DNA of 64,000 nt. Source: Chrysomallon squamiferum. Its lineage: Eukaryota; Animalia; Mollusca. Where the stretch lies: positions 9,548,001-9,612,000 of the forward strand of contig CM022672.1 of NCBI GenBank assembly GCA_012295275.1, read 5' to 3'. The notes under the pieces are model-generated. The model saw only the letters and a list, made by a program, of their open reading frames with translations. It was not told the DNA's origin and ran no database searches. Positions 1 to 15,168 of the stretch are shown here, piece by piece; the first letter of the stretch is position 1; every line of letters begins with the position of its first letter. The position numbers and the translations under genes are program-made.

Positions 1-376
1 TGAGGAAAATGAGACAAATGCCTCATACGGAAATACACAATTTTTTAATTTTTTTACTTTAATTTTTTACTTTTATTTTATTTAATTTTTTTTTTTTTTC
101 ATTTCTAATACATTTTATTTTTATTCATTTATTTAAATTTTGTTTTTAATATATCATTTTGATAATAAAAGATCCATTATTCTACTTATAACGTTTAAAC
201 GAGCCACTAACACGGAAAGGTAAATCTATTACATCGCATTTATTTTAATAATGTTCGCGCATAAATGGATGCAAATAAAACTACTTTTCTTACTACGGTA
301 ATTCTGTTACCATCTGTCGCCATCTGTATGCGTTTTACATGCATCAAACGTAACTCAGTCTATCTCTTTTATTATA

Positions 377-438
377 CTCTTTTTAATTTCAGAATGGAAT
401 TCATGTGTCAGACAAAACCGTTCAAGGTCTCGTGCTTG
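377..438 (+). pseudogene. Degenerate partial copy of SLC17 exon 3 with its splice acceptor
   Basis: tttttaatttcagAATGGAATTCATGTGTCAGACAAAACCGTTCAAGGTCTCGTGCTTG matches 4411-4469 with about 4 substitutions (NGIHVSDKTVQGLVL vs [15 protein letters not shown]). Similarity then stops and runs into simple repeats. Confidence 0.85.
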
Positions 439-1199
439 ATTTCCACTGTTTTATTATTATTAGTAGTAGTAGTAGTAGTAGTAGTATGATTATTATTATT
501 ATTATTATTATTATTACAGCTTCTACTGCCTATTACTACTACTACTAATACTACTGTTCCTGCTACAATTACTACTACTACTACAACAACAACTACTATT
601 TCAGTTTATTTACTTTATATATTTTTTCTTTGTTTTTGTCTTTATGTTTATTACTTTGTTTTAATTTGTGTTTGTTGTTTGTCTGTCTGTTTGTTTTGCA
701 ATACATATTATCCGGTGCATATGCCATATAAGCTAATGTCTTGTTTCTCTTTATTTATTTTGTATCTTTATTTCTTCATGCACTTTATATGGTTTTATAA
801 TACAAATAATAATAACAGGAAATTAATATTATCCTAGTGATAAAGGGTATCTGATTTCATTCACAAACATGTTTACGTTGCCGATTCCCCAAAAGTTAAT
901 ACAAGTTTTCCATTTTAGTTCATAACGTGGAGAAAACATTTTTGACAAATATCCAATTCCGTTTTTTTTAGTCGCTATTGGCTACCTAATATAATATATA
1001 TGAAATAGAAATTACAGAAATAAGTCAAAATAGTTAAAAATAGCTAAAATAAATATATGTTGTTGTTGTTGTTATTTAAATAATAATAACAACAATAACA
1101 ACAACAACAACAATAGCAATGATTATGACGATAATGAATAAATGAATTAGAAAGAAAGAAACGAGGGAGGAAGGTAAGAAAATGTAAAGATTATAGCAG

Positions 1200-1580
1200 A
1201 GTCGATAATAGAGAAACTGTGACGTCACGTACAGATGATTGTTTCTCAAGACGATAAAGCGCCGACATTAATGTTAAGGTCGGTCTTACAGGAATATTTG
1301 CAGTGCACGTTAATCAAACATGTTACACTGGTACAGCTGACACGCCGCATGACTCTCTGCGTCAGTAGCAAAACACACAGAAAGGAAAAAGCGCACGCGG
1401 CTTAACTACGTTTCATTCAATGGCGTCTTAACTTGACTGTATTGATCGATGCGCTGTGCTGTCGAATTGGCCTATTAGATCTGTGTGTTTTCTGCTTTTA
1501 GCCGATTCTGTACGAACATCCTCTCTACAAAAACGGAAGCGATGGTTTCAACACGATTACATCATCAAAACACACTGTAA
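1200..1580 (+). promoter_or_regulatory. Probable SLC17 promoter and possible non-coding first exon
   Basis: CpG-rich stretch with a perfect CRE palindrome GTGACGTCAC (1219-1228), an NRF1-like GCGCACGCG (about 1391), and a donor-like CT|GTAAGT at 1576/1577. Confidence 0.4.
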
Positions 1581-2046
1581 GTGTTTACAGCCTGGCCACG
1601 TGTACAGAAATCTCAGACGACGACGTCTGTGGAAGTCGTGATACTTGGACACATACTGGAAAAAGAAACAATAAAAATACACTGAACTATCGTTTGTCGA
1701 AGATTATCTATTGATAGAACGTGTATGGCATATTCGAGCATTCGTAGTAGGTGGGATTCAATACGGACTACGTGTATCTACTGTAATCCGCAAAAGGTTT
1801 TTTATTTTTTTCATTCATTCATTCAAAAATCCACGGCGCGTCAACTGCATGTTCTGAGGACGTTTCTTACAGAGAGGCCCTTATTGGGATACTGGGCACG
1901 TCGGTTTCACTCTACTGATTTATAATACTAATATATATATATAAGCATCTAGGAACAGACATTATTGTTAGTCTTATCACAAACGTTGCATCATCGTTAC
2001 ACTGTGACATTCCTGTAAAGAGAAGAAACTGCTATTTACTCGCACC

Positions 2047-2678
2047 ATGGCGAAAGGAGAAATTATGTTTACCGAAACTGGTAATATTGATAAAAATAAA
2101 GGTAAGTTCTTTGTTGTTGTTTTGCTGAGAGAGAGAGAGAGAGAGAGAGAGATTGATTGATTGATTAAGGCCAGTAAAGGATTTTTTATTACCAATTTAT
2201 TATTTAATACTAAATAATAATTGTGTAGGTTTTGTTTACGCTACGAAACATATTTTAACAGATATTCCTATTCGGATTCTAGCAAGCCTGGTCGCTCGAT
2301 ATTTTACGTTTAGATAAGCCCCTTCTTTAAACAAGATATTATATTTATTTTTAGAGACTAATCGATTTTTCAGTTTATTTAACTCCCTTGCGAAACAAAA
2401 TAACTTACATAAAAAACAACATGTTCTACTTATAATAAAATGTATCATGCGTTTGTACAAAACGTTTTGTGTACTTGTTTTTAGTTGTTTGTTTCTGGCA
2501 AACTATAGTATTAAAATAATTAGCCCGTGCATGTTGACCTGTGAATGTGTATGATACCGTTTAACTTAATATATTTCTCTGTATTTGAAATATTTTATAT
2601 ACACAACCGATATTAAAAATAATTTATGCTATATTTATTTATATAAATGTATGTATATATCTGTGTGCACGTGCGTGT

Positions 2679-2727
<49 letters not shown>

Positions 2728-2764
2728 GATTGCTCTTTTGGTATATTTTTTTGTTGTAATTGTT

Positions 2765-2858
<94 letters not shown>

Positions 2859-4663
2859 AACAGAAAAAAAAACATCATGACAGATTTTTATTTATTACAA
2901 GGATACGCAGTCAAACGTTTCAGTTGGCTGCTTATGAGAGTGAAGGAAAAACGATTATATTTTTTATTTATATTCAAGTACAAGCGAGTAGTTTCTGCAA
3001 CCTTTGAATATTATAAGACGTGGATTCTGAGAATGAAATTAACTTTATACTCCAACACTTAGTAGAAGCGAATAAAGCGTATTGTGTTTAATTTAAAAAT
3101 GACTTGTAGAAAATAATTTTGACTGAGGTGATACCCTAATATTTTTGATTCATATAATATCATAGTAATAATAATAATTTTGAAATAATGATAATTATGA
3201 CGCCTTTAAAACAACAATAATGATAATATTGACTTTGGTAATATGAAAATTATAATTATGACTCGTGTGATATAATCGTGTAGTTATTAAATACGGCCTG
3301 ACGAATAATTGTTTATCTGCTGAAGATTATTTATCTAAATACTAGCATGAAAATACCTTTTTTTTTTATTAATTAATTAATTTATTTATCTATTTATTTA
3401 TTTATTTATTTTATTTTATTTATTTTATTTTTTATCTCCAGTTCCATTCTGGACGTCGTCACGGTTGGGTCTCGCCGTTCTCGGCTTTTTCGGTTTCGTC
3501 AACGTCTACGCTTTGAGAGTGAACCTTAGCGTCGCAATCGTCTGCATGGTCAACCAAACGGCAGTCCAGACTGAACAGCAGACTCCAGAAACAAACACCA
3601 GCTCTGAATGCGGGACAGTGATTTCTAACAGGACGGCACCAAATGACCTATCAGAAGTATGAATTTCTTTCCTTTATTATTATTATTATTATTATTATTT
3701 TTTTTTTTTTTTTTTTTTTTTTTTTATTTATTTGAACACAAACGTACATGCGTGAAAGTTTTACCTCCCATATGTTGACTTTTTTTAATAACTATTTTGA
3801 TATTACATTTTAGGAGAAGGAACGATAAAGGGAGATAATCAGATATCATTTTATATTATTTCCAGACAGATAGTTAGTTCACAGTATATGTATGTGGTAA
3901 AAGGTGATGATAATATACTGGGAGGAGAAATAAAAATAAATAAATAATATTTAAAAAAAAATAGGAGAATGAATTTTTTGTTTTAAATTGTCTGGGATGG
4001 CATGCTTAAACATTAAGGAAAGAAATTTATTAGAATGAAACATTATAATAGTTATTACTTGCATTTGTTGCTTCATTATTATCTTTACTAATATAGAAAT
4101 TATAGTTTGCTAGTTTTGTTTGACAGTTAAGTTTATTTCCTTTTTTTTTTTTTTTTTTTTTATGTCAAAAATATATGTCCATTGAATGAGTATTGTCGTT
4201 TTACCAAAACAAAATCAAAACATAAAAAATTATCCAATAGGATTTCTTTTCCTTGTTTATTTGTTTTGTATTGATTTTTATTTTATTTTATTTTATTTTA
4301 ATTTTTCTGTGTGTGTGTGTGTGTGTGTTTTTTTATATATATATATTATTATTATTTATTTTATTTTATTTTTTTTTTTTATTATTCATAATCATTTAAT
4401 TCATTACTTCTTTTTAATTTCAGAATGGAATTCATGTGTGGGACAAAACAATTCAAGGTCTCGTGCTTGGTTCGTATTTCTGGGGTTACCTAGTCTCGCA
4501 GATTCCCGCTGGTTGGCTGGCAACGAAAATTGGTGGGAAAAGAGTATTTGGGTGGAGCATTTTCATTTCGGCTTTGCTGACAGTTCTAACTCCAGTCATC
4601 TCTGACATCAGCTACATCTTTCTTATGATTGTCAGAATCATACTTGGTGTTGCTTCAGTAAGC

Positions 4664-4703
<40 letters not shown>

Positions 4704-7020
4704 TTTTTTTTTTTTTTTTTATTATTATCATCATCATCATCATCATCATCATTATCATTATCATTACCATCATCATTGTCATCGTCATAATGATTGGTAA
4801 AAGGTAAATATCCCGTCAAGTTGCAAGATCAGTTCTCCTTAGTAGGTGTTTATTACGATCAATCCCGTTATACTCAGTGAACCCAAAGCAACGATATCAA
4901 ACGAAGCTGTATGAACCCTGAGAAAGTGCTTATAAAATGATCGAGCTTATTGCAAATCTGTTTATGTAACCTTGTAAATGGGTTTCATTTTTCAAAAAGC
5001 CAGTTATGCTGGGAAAAGAAAACAACAAAAAGATATTTGACACATAGCAACCGTTTATCAGAGGTGCACAGATGGCGCGAACGACGTGTGATGGTTGCGT
5101 CAAACCATCCTTGCATGACCTATTTGGGTCAAGGAGGGCCTTGTTTTTAGAAGAAATGAAAAATGATTTTAATAGTTTTGACCTTTTTGGATATGTTTCG
5201 GGTTCCTTGTTTTATGGTTCAACTCTGGAAACCAACGCATTTCCGATGGTCGGGGTTTTTTTCGTTATTTATTTTGATTATGTCGGAAATTACTTTAACA
5301 GTTCATCAGAGTTGCATTAATTATCGGTAAAAACACTATTCCGGATGTACCTGAATTAACTTTAATATGGAACAAAATTAATAATAATAATAAAAAATAA
5401 ATCATAATAATAATAAAAAGAATACAAATAATAAATAAATAAATAAATAAATAAATAAAATTAAAAAGAAAAAGAAAGAAAGAGAAAAGGTAGTATTATG
5501 ATTTTAATTTCTATTTTGTTGTCGTTTTAATCATCATCATCATCCTTCTTATTATTATTGTTACTATTATTATTATTATTATTATTATTATTAAATAGGC
5601 GACATTTCTTAATTTTGTTACCAAATTTCATGGTACACAAAATTTGCAGGACACATTGAGAACTATCTCAATGAATTATTCTGAAAGTATGTCATTTCTG
5701 TTCACGTTTTGCATATGTGCAGTGGAGCATGTAACCCAAAACTAAACACTGAGATGTTTTTACCCAACGACCCATCACTCCCCAGGCCGCCGAACATCTC
5801 GCTTTATTTAATACGGGAGTGAGTTTAAAAACTCGTTTTATGAATAAACTAAATTCGTTATGATATTACGTACATACGTGAATATATTGTTGACGCAGTA
5901 ATAAATACTGTAGATTGTTTTTTTATGTCAACTGTCTTTTTTTTTTTTTTTTTTCTTATGCTTGTTTTCTAAGTTCTTGTTTGATCTTTGGTTTTTTTTT
6001 TTTTTTTTTGTTGTTATTTTTGGGGGGGTTGGGATTTTTGGGGTGTAGCGAGGTTTTTTGTATTTTTTGTTTTTTTTTGTTAGTTCGTTTGTTTTGGGTT
6101 GTTTTCGTGTTGGTGGGGTGGCTTGTAAATAGTTAGCATAATTTTATTATTAACTATTATAGTTTACAAACTGTTCAAAATACACTCACATTTTCAGTTA
6201 TTAGTAATGTGTACTAAAGGTTTACTGTTTTGTTTTAATTACTCGTTTTTTCTCAGGGCGTATGCTTCCCGGCAATGCATGCAATGTGGGGCGTGTGGGC
6301 CCCGCCAATGGAAAGAAGTAAACTTGCAGCTTTTACTTACGCAGGTATATTTTTCCGTTTACTTACTTACTTACTTAGTTTCTTTTCTTTTCTTGTTTTT
6401 TTTATCTTATTTTATTATTTATTTATTTATCTTTTTTTTCTTTTTTTTCTGATAATTCATTTATCGATATTTACCTTTATTTAGGATAAATTAGTAACAA
6501 CAGATTCATCAAAGAGGCAGCTTCAGTATTTCAGAAAAATGGGGAGATGACCATATTATAGTTGGATGTGGATTTCTAGACGAAATAAGTTTCAGTATAA
6601 CGTGAAAAAAAACATCAGTCCACATAAAATAGAATAGAGAGGGTTTCGCTGAATCTGCTTGTCAGTTTTAATCTGTTATGTTATAAATATTCTAGTTGTA
6701 CAGAGCCCTTTTATTTAAAAGACAATGTTAACTCATGCCCAAGATGCATCGATAGGCCTAAATAAACAATTACCAACGTCTAAAAATGTATTTCAAGTAT
6801 TTTGCAAATATATTACAAATAAGTCTGTTATACCGAATTATATGTCATAAATCATTAGAATATGTTTACGATTACAGCTACTACTGCTGTAACTACGACT
6901 ACTGTAACAACTTTCGCCACTGCTATTACTACTACCACATACTACTTCTGTTACTGCTAACACTAATAGTATTATTACTACTAGTGATGATGATTCTTCT
7001 TCTTCTTCTTCTTCTTCTTC

Positions 7021-7052
<32 letters not shown>

Positions 7053-7113
7053 GTTATTGTTATCGTTATCGTTATCATCATTATTATTATTATTATCGTT
7101 ATCGTTATCGTTA

Positions 7114-7181
<68 letters not shown>

Positions 7182-9573
7182 CTCAGTAAACTAATCCAAT
7201 AATTTCCATGTTATCGCTAATGGTCTCTCACTGTATTTTATTACCTGAATAATCCACGATAATCTTCATATTACAATTCTGCGTACCCCACAAACATTAT
7301 CATATTTTACAATATGATAAAGGTATCATAACCTTCATAATCCAGATATTCATATGAATTTACTTACTGGTGTTCCCACGTGAACTCCAATGTTTCAAGC
7401 TGACCATGTGACACTGACATGTCCAAAATACTACAGTGTCAGTTACTGTGTTCTAAACTGTCATATCTCATAATAATTATTTGAAATTCCCGTGAGACAT
7501 AATTGTTTTTGGGATTTTTTGATGACGTTAAAATGTTACTGCTTATAAATGTATGCTACGTTTGTGGCTGTTACATCCATTTTTGCATGGCCATTTGTAA
7601 TATACGTGGAAACTATTGTTTATGTATGTATGTGTGTGTGAATGTGTGTGTATGGTGTATTTTTTATATGTATGTGTGTATGTAGGTATATGTCAGTGTG
7701 TGTATATTTATGTACGTATGTACGTATCAATATATTTATGTGTATGTGTATTTTGTCAATTTAGCATTATGCTGATCTGTTACTTTATAACTTTGTAAAT
7801 CTTCGCTGACACTAAGGACCACTTTGAATATTTACTTTGGCTGCTTGAGGATGTGAGAATAAAGTGTCGTGTTCGTATCAAGTTTCATCCTAATGAAGTT
7901 ACACTTGCTCTGAATATTTACATTCCACTCTGATGTTTAACTGAGAACTATTTAATTGTTGACCTTGTGGGTGATAATAATAACAACAATAACCTTAAAC
8001 GGATGAATAAAATACATTATTAAAAAAAAAAAAAGAGCAAAAAGAATATTTTCTCGAATACCCATCTGATCTATTGTAAAATGCACACTGTCATTCAAAA
8101 TAAATAAGATTTTTTTTTTTTTTTTTTTTTTCAGGAGCCCAAGTTGGTAATGTTATGACCTTTCCCCTTTCTGGATTTCTTTGCAAGTATGGATTTGCCG
8201 GAGGTTGGCCTTCTATCTTTTATGTGTTAGGTAAGACATTGTATCCCTGAGAATTTCGATATACCTTCCAGTTAAGTTTCACACAACTTGATAAGCGGCC
8301 GTTACGGTTAATGACAGTATAAGCTAGAGTACATAGGCTACGTTTAATTATATGCAGTAGAGCATTTAATGTTTTGTTGTTTACAATAAGATCACTTATA
8401 TCTCGTAACTGGGATGTTGACGGATTTTAAATGAATTTCTTTACGACCAACACACACGTCTGGCGTATTTACATATAAGTCGTAGTGATAGGAAAGACCC
8501 GGCTTTGAAGAATAAATGTAATTACGTTAATGCAATACAACATTTTTATTTTCTGCTCTTCTTTATTGTTAAGATAAATATTAGGTTTAGAAATGTTTTA
8601 TTTAAGGATATATAATACACATTAATTTCGTGATCTATGGTTACATAGAAAACTGCAGTAAAGAACAGCATAGTTTTTAAAAGGTGTCACTATTCCAGTG
8701 GAACTCGACAGACTTTTAATTTTATTGTGCTTAATGTAAAAATTTCCGTCTCGCTTAACTGAAATGATCATTGAAGCGTGTTCACCAGAATTAATGTTCC
8801 GTGTTGTTAAATTAGAGAATTAATATATTTCTCTTTCGTCAGAAGTAGAGCTTGTTTTAGTAACACAGCAAAATTACTCTTCAGACTACCATTCTTGTGT
8901 TCTAAAACACCGTTCAGATTGTAGTTTATTTTATATTCATGATTAAATTATAAACAAATATTTATGAATGTATTCATGAAAAGATATTAAGACTTATCTG
9001 AAATGCGTACATAAACACAGATACATACAAACGCACGCTACCCATGCTATTCGTCTCGATTACCACTGGCAGTTTGTCCTCTGACATTTTTATCTACAGC
9101 CTACTTTGTAAATAGAAAACTAGCAAATATCGCAATTACTATTACACACACACACACACTTTTCCTTCATTCTTTTTCACAATTCTAGGTACCGTATCTT
9201 TGGTATGGTTCGTTCTTTGGATTGTGCTGACCAGCGACTCGCCGTCTCAGCACAAAAGAATATCAGAAGTTGAAAGGTTATACATAGAACATAGTTTGAA
9301 AGAAAGTGCAAAGTCGTCTGATGAAAAGGTATCCATTCTGTGTAACTCATACCTAAAGTCATGGTCTAAAGTCAGAGTCTAAGTGTATCATATTTCTTTA
9401 CTCCCTAAGCCTACATCAGCGACCCCATTTTGAAAGGAAAATATGTATCTTGGCGAGTGAAATATTATAAATATATATATGAAATATTAATGTAATGTAT
9501 CACTAAGGAATTAAAGAAAGTTTTCTGCATTAAATTTTGCCTTTTATATACTTATTATTATTATTATTATTAC

Positions 9574-9618
<45 letters not shown>

Positions 9619-10631
9619 CATCAGAAACTGAACGTCCCATGGAAGAAGATAGCAGCATCACTTCCGGTGTGGGCTATTATCGTTAGTAACACAACGTCGG
9701 ACTGGGGCGCATACACTCTGATGACGAACATCCCCACCTACATGAAAGAAGTTCTGAAGTTTGACATCGCTGCGGTAAGTTACGTTTACTGAAGACATTT
9801 ACATTCGTGTGTCCTTTCTCGAGGTATGCTGAACTAGATTAGAAAAGGTTAGAATGTCAGGGCAAGAAAAGATATTAAGGTTACGTCCGGCTTTTTTCTT
9901 TTCCTTTTTTATTTAATTTTTTTTTTTTTTTTATTTTTCTTTTTTTTTTCTTTTCTTTTCTGTTTTTTCTTTTTCTTTTTTTATATTTTGTTTTGTTATA
10001 TTTATTTTTTATTTTTTTTTTGGGGGGGGAACCAAAAACTCGCAAGCCTGTTTACAAATCTATCAGTCTGTATCTATTTATCTATCTATCTGTCTATCTG
10101 TCTGTCTGTCTGTCTGTCTATTTCTCTCTGCAGAAAGACTGATGTTTTCATTTTATTATTCTTTTGTTTTGTCTGACATATTTAAGTACACATTCATGCT
10201 AAAAGTATTTGTATTACCCACGGATTAGAAAAATACAACTTTTTCCATTTTAGCCTGGGTGTGTTACCTGCTTTGCACTAGCCTGAATATACTTTATTCA
10301 CACATTACTTTTCAGACTACCATTATATACATATATTCATTATTATTCTTGAATCTAAATCACTACTGGCTAAACTGAGAATGAGTCCATTCATTTTGAC
10401 GACCCAGCCTTAATATGCAAGCTATAAACATTTCATTGATAAACACTGATGCATACGAAATTGCATTGAAATACATAGTTGTAAAAACTCAAATACATAG
10501 ACCAAACAGAGAAGCTTTTATTATCAAACAGTATCTGGAGCATGACAAACATCAGGGGCTGATTATGGGTGGTTTCCCAGTAGCACAAATAATAATTATG
10601 ATGATGATGACAATAATAATAATAATAATAA

Positions 10632-10671
<40 letters not shown>

Positions 10672-12539
10672 AATAGACGTTCACGTGTGTGTACCCTTTC
10701 ATTCACTGATTTACGCATTATAGAGTTGCACAGTGACACTAAAGTTGATATGTCTGCAGTCCTTGATACAATCACTATGAAATTCAACTATGACAACACT
10801 GTAGCCCCACATCCTGCTTATGTGTCGATGAAGGCAATAACTGTATTATTCATTAAAAAAATGTCTATGTTTTTATTTTTATATTTTATCTTCTGTTAAA
10901 TAAAAGTCTTATCTTATTACGCTTTTTTTTCTGTTTACTTACAATTTATCTCTTCATGCGCATGCAGGCAAGCGTTATACTACATATTAATATACATTTT
11001 TTTTTTTTTTTTCATAACTCTTTTAGAATGGTCTGTTGTCTGCACTTCCGTACATCTTCTTTTGGTTACTCATCAACGTGGCAGGCTGGTTAGCAGATTT
11101 CATCAGGAAAAAAGAATGGCTTTCTACGACCGCGACACGAAAATCTTTTGATGCTTTTGGTAAGAAATTTTACTTCTGGAAAATATTCTCTCTTTCCCCC
11201 CCCACCCCCTTTTTTAAATTTTTTTAATTTTTATTTTTTTAGATAACTGTTCCGGTATAATGCCTTTTTGTAATGTAATAATTTCGTAATCGAGTAACAG
11301 AACATTTACATCATAAAAAAAGTTAATTACTACAAATTAGTGTTACTAGTTTTCTAGTTATTTAACTATAAGCTAAAATGTTACTACTTTGAACCTCACA
11401 CACCAGCGACCATTGTGAATATTATTCAGTTATTACATTACTGTGTTTTCTCGTTTTCAGTAGCTATGTACCTTTTATATATTTTACATCAGCGGTTTTA
11501 CTTTCATATCATTTAATAATAATAATTACACATGACAACATAAAACTACAGGTTAAAAATATGTTAAATGTGTATATAAATAAAACAGTATTTTCTTTTT
11601 CATTCCTGAAAAAGTTTTAATCAAATCAAACAGATTTTCTTTTCAGATGTGTCTGTAAAGTTGTTTTTTATTTGTTTCACAGTATGCTGTAGAAATTGGT
11701 TATTTTCTGTTTCTGTGCAGGTAAAATTGTACCAGCTTTCATGCTGGTTGGTTTGGGTTACGTGGACTGCACGCAGCAGGTTGCAGGAATTGTTCTTCTC
11801 TTGCTTGGGGTGTGCCTCACCGGATTCCAGTACAGCGGTTTTGTCGTCGTCAACCACGTCGACATAGCTCCAGCCTACGCCGGCATTCTCTTCGGCATTT
11901 CCAATTCGATTGCCGCCGTCACAGGATTTATCTCCCCTGTTGTGGTTGGCGTGATAACTAGCAAGGTAAAATTTATTTATAATATTATCCTTGCAGTTAT
12001 GTGTGCACATGTATACAAAACGTATAAAGGTTTTCTTAATCTTAATGAAGACATAATGCTGAAAGGTTATTAATGTTTTTAAATGTAAGAGTTATTATTA
12101 TTATTATTATTATCATCGCCATCGTCTTCATCATCATTATTTATTTATTTATTTATTTACTTATTATTGTTGTTGGTGTTGTTGTTGATAGTGATATAAT
12201 GATAATAATGATGATGATACGAATACTATATTTGGAGCCATCTTATCTTAATTTTCGCTTTTCAGAAACATTATATTTCTCACTGCTTAACATATTCTCT
12301 TTTTAATTTTTTCTTAGGGTCAAACAAGGACAGAATGGCAATACGTATTTTACATCGCTGCGGCCATATACTGCATTGGTGCCCTGTTTTACATTATTTT
12401 CGCTTCTGGCGAGCTTCAGCCCTGGGCACGTGGTAGCCAGGAACCGGATGGCGAAATGATGGTTAAACTAGGTCAAGATGGCGAGAAACCAAAATTAGAA
12501 GAGGAAGATGAGCGTAAAGAAATGATAAATAGCCTTTGA
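2047..12539 (+). CDS. SLC17A5: SLC17-family (sialin-like) MFS anion transporter, 10 coding exons, 525 aa
   Basis: Exons 2047-2101, 3442-3656, 4424-4657, 6257-6344, 8135-8230, 9189-9328, 9625-9774, 11027-11159, 11721-11965 and 12318-12539 are all GT-AG and phase-compatible (1578 nt). Strong Kozak context caccATGG. SLC17 motifs: [89 protein letters not shown]. Family is certain; one-to-one orthology to SLC17A5 is not. Confidence 0.93.
2685..2851. repeat. (GT)n and (GA)n microsatellites in SLC17 intron 1
   Basis: Pure GT run about 2685-2724 and GA run about 2770-2851. Representative of dozens of (TTA)n, (GA)n, (CA)n and (TA)n tracts across the window. Confidence 0.95.
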
Positions 12540-12702
12540 GGAGGGGAAAATATTCAGAGCTTATTTGTGCCTTACATTTCCATATCAGTAAAAACTTGCG
12601 TAATGTGACTTGTAGTAGAAACGAATGAATTTGACAAAGTCAGAAACAATGATGATGGAAAACCTTCCCTTTTAATTATTACTGTTTTTTTGTTGTTGTT
12701 GA

Positions 12703-12752
<50 letters not shown>

Positions 12753-12924
12753 TATGTTTATGTATATATATGCATGTTTGTATATGTGTGTGTATGTATA
12801 TATGTAATATATATATATATATAATGCATGTATAAACCATCGAAGTCTGTCGTTATCAACATTTTAATTGTATATATTTTCTTAATTATAATATCTGATT
12901 ATTTTTACCGAATAATTACTTCAA

Positions 12925-12973
<49 letters not shown>

Positions 12974-15068
12974 TTAATTTACATTGTTAATGGGCTACAC
13001 ATTTAACCTTTACAGACCACAGTAATAATAAAGGACACATTTTAAAAAAAAAAAAAAAGGAAGTAAACTGCTTCTTAATGGAAATATTTCTTCAGAAATT
13101 ATGATAGCCATAAAAAAAAAAAGTCCATTGAAATGTTTTCTTTTTCAATGTATATTTTCATATTTATTTATTATCTTTCATGGTTGTACCTGTAATTCTT
13201 CTGTATTAGATTTCATACAAATAATATTTTATTGTTATTTACCAACTGTGTGAAAGGAATGAATGAATCAGTGTAGGGAGATGAGGAACAGATACTTTTA
13301 TCGATCAGTGTGCGTTTTACATTGCACAACTTACAGTCGTTTTTTAAACGATCACAGTGAAATAAATAAACATATTTCTGACTGAAAAAAAAAAAAAAAA
13401 AATTCTCTGTGCCTGTAAATGGACGATTTTACAAAATAAATTAATGTGTGTAGCCGAAAATAATTCAAAAAGAAAAAAAATCAGTCTCCTTTGAGATGTG
13501 AATTTGTCCAATCCAAGAAATAAGAGAGAGAGAGAGAGAGAGAGAGAAAGTACTGTAGTTTTACAAAGTGCTGCTTATATATAAATATATATATAAATAA
13601 ATATGCATTTAAAGTCACGTGGGCATAATTTGAGGCAACCTTTTTTTTTTCTTTTTTTTTTTTTTATTCATTTAGCAAAAAAAGCAAGAGAGATCTGCCA
13701 GATAACCAAACAAACCTCAATGCAAGGCATTATAAGAAAATAATTATTCTTATTTGTTTTCTCCATATATGATTATCGAAATCTGTATTTATCATGAGGA
13801 TAATATATAATATCACCGGGTAATTTATATCATATTTGTATATTATTCTTATTAAAATTACATATTTATATATTTTAAAAAATGACTTAATTGTACATTT
13901 TATTTGTATTTTACAAAAGTTAATTTTTAATTAAGAAAAAGAGGTGTCGTTTTTCGTGACACTGTTTCCGTTTGTCTTCTAATAAAGTTTTGAATGTATT
14001 TTAAAAGAATTACTTTCTCCTTTCGTTATGTTTTTTTTTTTATCATCATTATCATCTTCGTCATAATCATCATCATTATTACTATTATTATTATTATTAT
14101 TATGTATTCTGGTTATATATATATATATTAGCTGTAGTGTTTCAAAAGATACAACAAACAATGAATTTCTTTTACATAACTAATCATATTGTGTTCATAG
14201 TTTATTTTTACTTTTCTTAGGGATAATGTGTCTGTGTATTAACAGGAGAACAGCTTATGTGATGTGTAATACATTTCCCATGATTGTGACATTTCGATTA
14301 TGAAATTTGCTTTCTACTAATTCATGTTATTAAATAAAAGAGAAAGAAAAAGTCTTTGGTGATTGTTTAATATTTACAGGTATCTACATGTAGCCGTATT
14401 AAATATAAAAAAAAAGAAGAAAAAAATAGATATCTATCTGTGTTTGGTTTCGTCGGTGTGCGCACGATTATATTAGTGTTGAAGAACGCGAGAAGTTGTT
14501 TTAGGAAAGATCAAAATCCTGAACGTCCATCTCGCTTCTGTCGATGCACAGCCATTTCATATTTCGTTTCTCAGTCAAGTTAGCCAAAATTAGTATTTAT
14601 CGTCATTTTTCAATTTTTTTAAACTATATGATACGGTTCAGAAATACCAGTAACGAAGCGTAAGTCTAAATATTTTTCTAATCATTTCCAATCTTGGAGG
14701 TGCTCGGGATTTCAGCAATGTTGTAGTGACACGAAAATATTTAGTGAGCCAGTCTGACTGGGTCAAATCGCCCAGTAACTAGAGAAGGAGGAAGTGACGT
14801 GGGACACTGATGAGGTGCGTGCGTGCGTGCGTGAAGCATTTGTGAGCAAATGATTTTTCCAAGTATTTGTATAAGACTTGCAGGTACCAGTAAATATTAC
14901 AGTTTAAGATATGACCTAAACCCCCACACACACACACTGACACACTCTCACCCTCTTTCACTTTATCTGATTCTTTTGCTGTCTTTCATTTATTCTCTCT
15001 GAATCTCTCATTCTTTCTCCGTTCTCTCTCTGTCCCATTCTTTTATTGTTTCTCCTTCATTCTCTCTT

Positions 15069-15069
<1 letters not shown>

Positions 15070-15150
<81 letters not shown>

Positions 15151-15168
15151 TCTTTCTCTCTCTCTCTC
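15070..15168. repeat. (TC)n microsatellite
   Basis: About 100 bp TC dinucleotide run. Confidence 0.95.

Noticed and set aside
2585-3062. Overlapping ORFs with CVCV / RERE / LSLS runs
   Set aside because: Translations of (GT)n and (GA)n microsatellites in an intron. The same applies to most poly-I, poly-L and HTHT ORFs in the track.
4796-5360. Possible non-autonomous DNA transposon in SLC17 intron 3 (aggtaaatatcc ... ggatgtacct ends)
   Set aside because: Terminal similarity is too weak and there is no clear target-site duplication. A repeat-library search is needed.
11621-12010. 129-aa antisense ORF; also 21438-21683, 23593-23901, 32669-33154, 58295-58555 and 62163-62387
   Set aside because: Shadow ORFs on the opposite strand of genuine exons.
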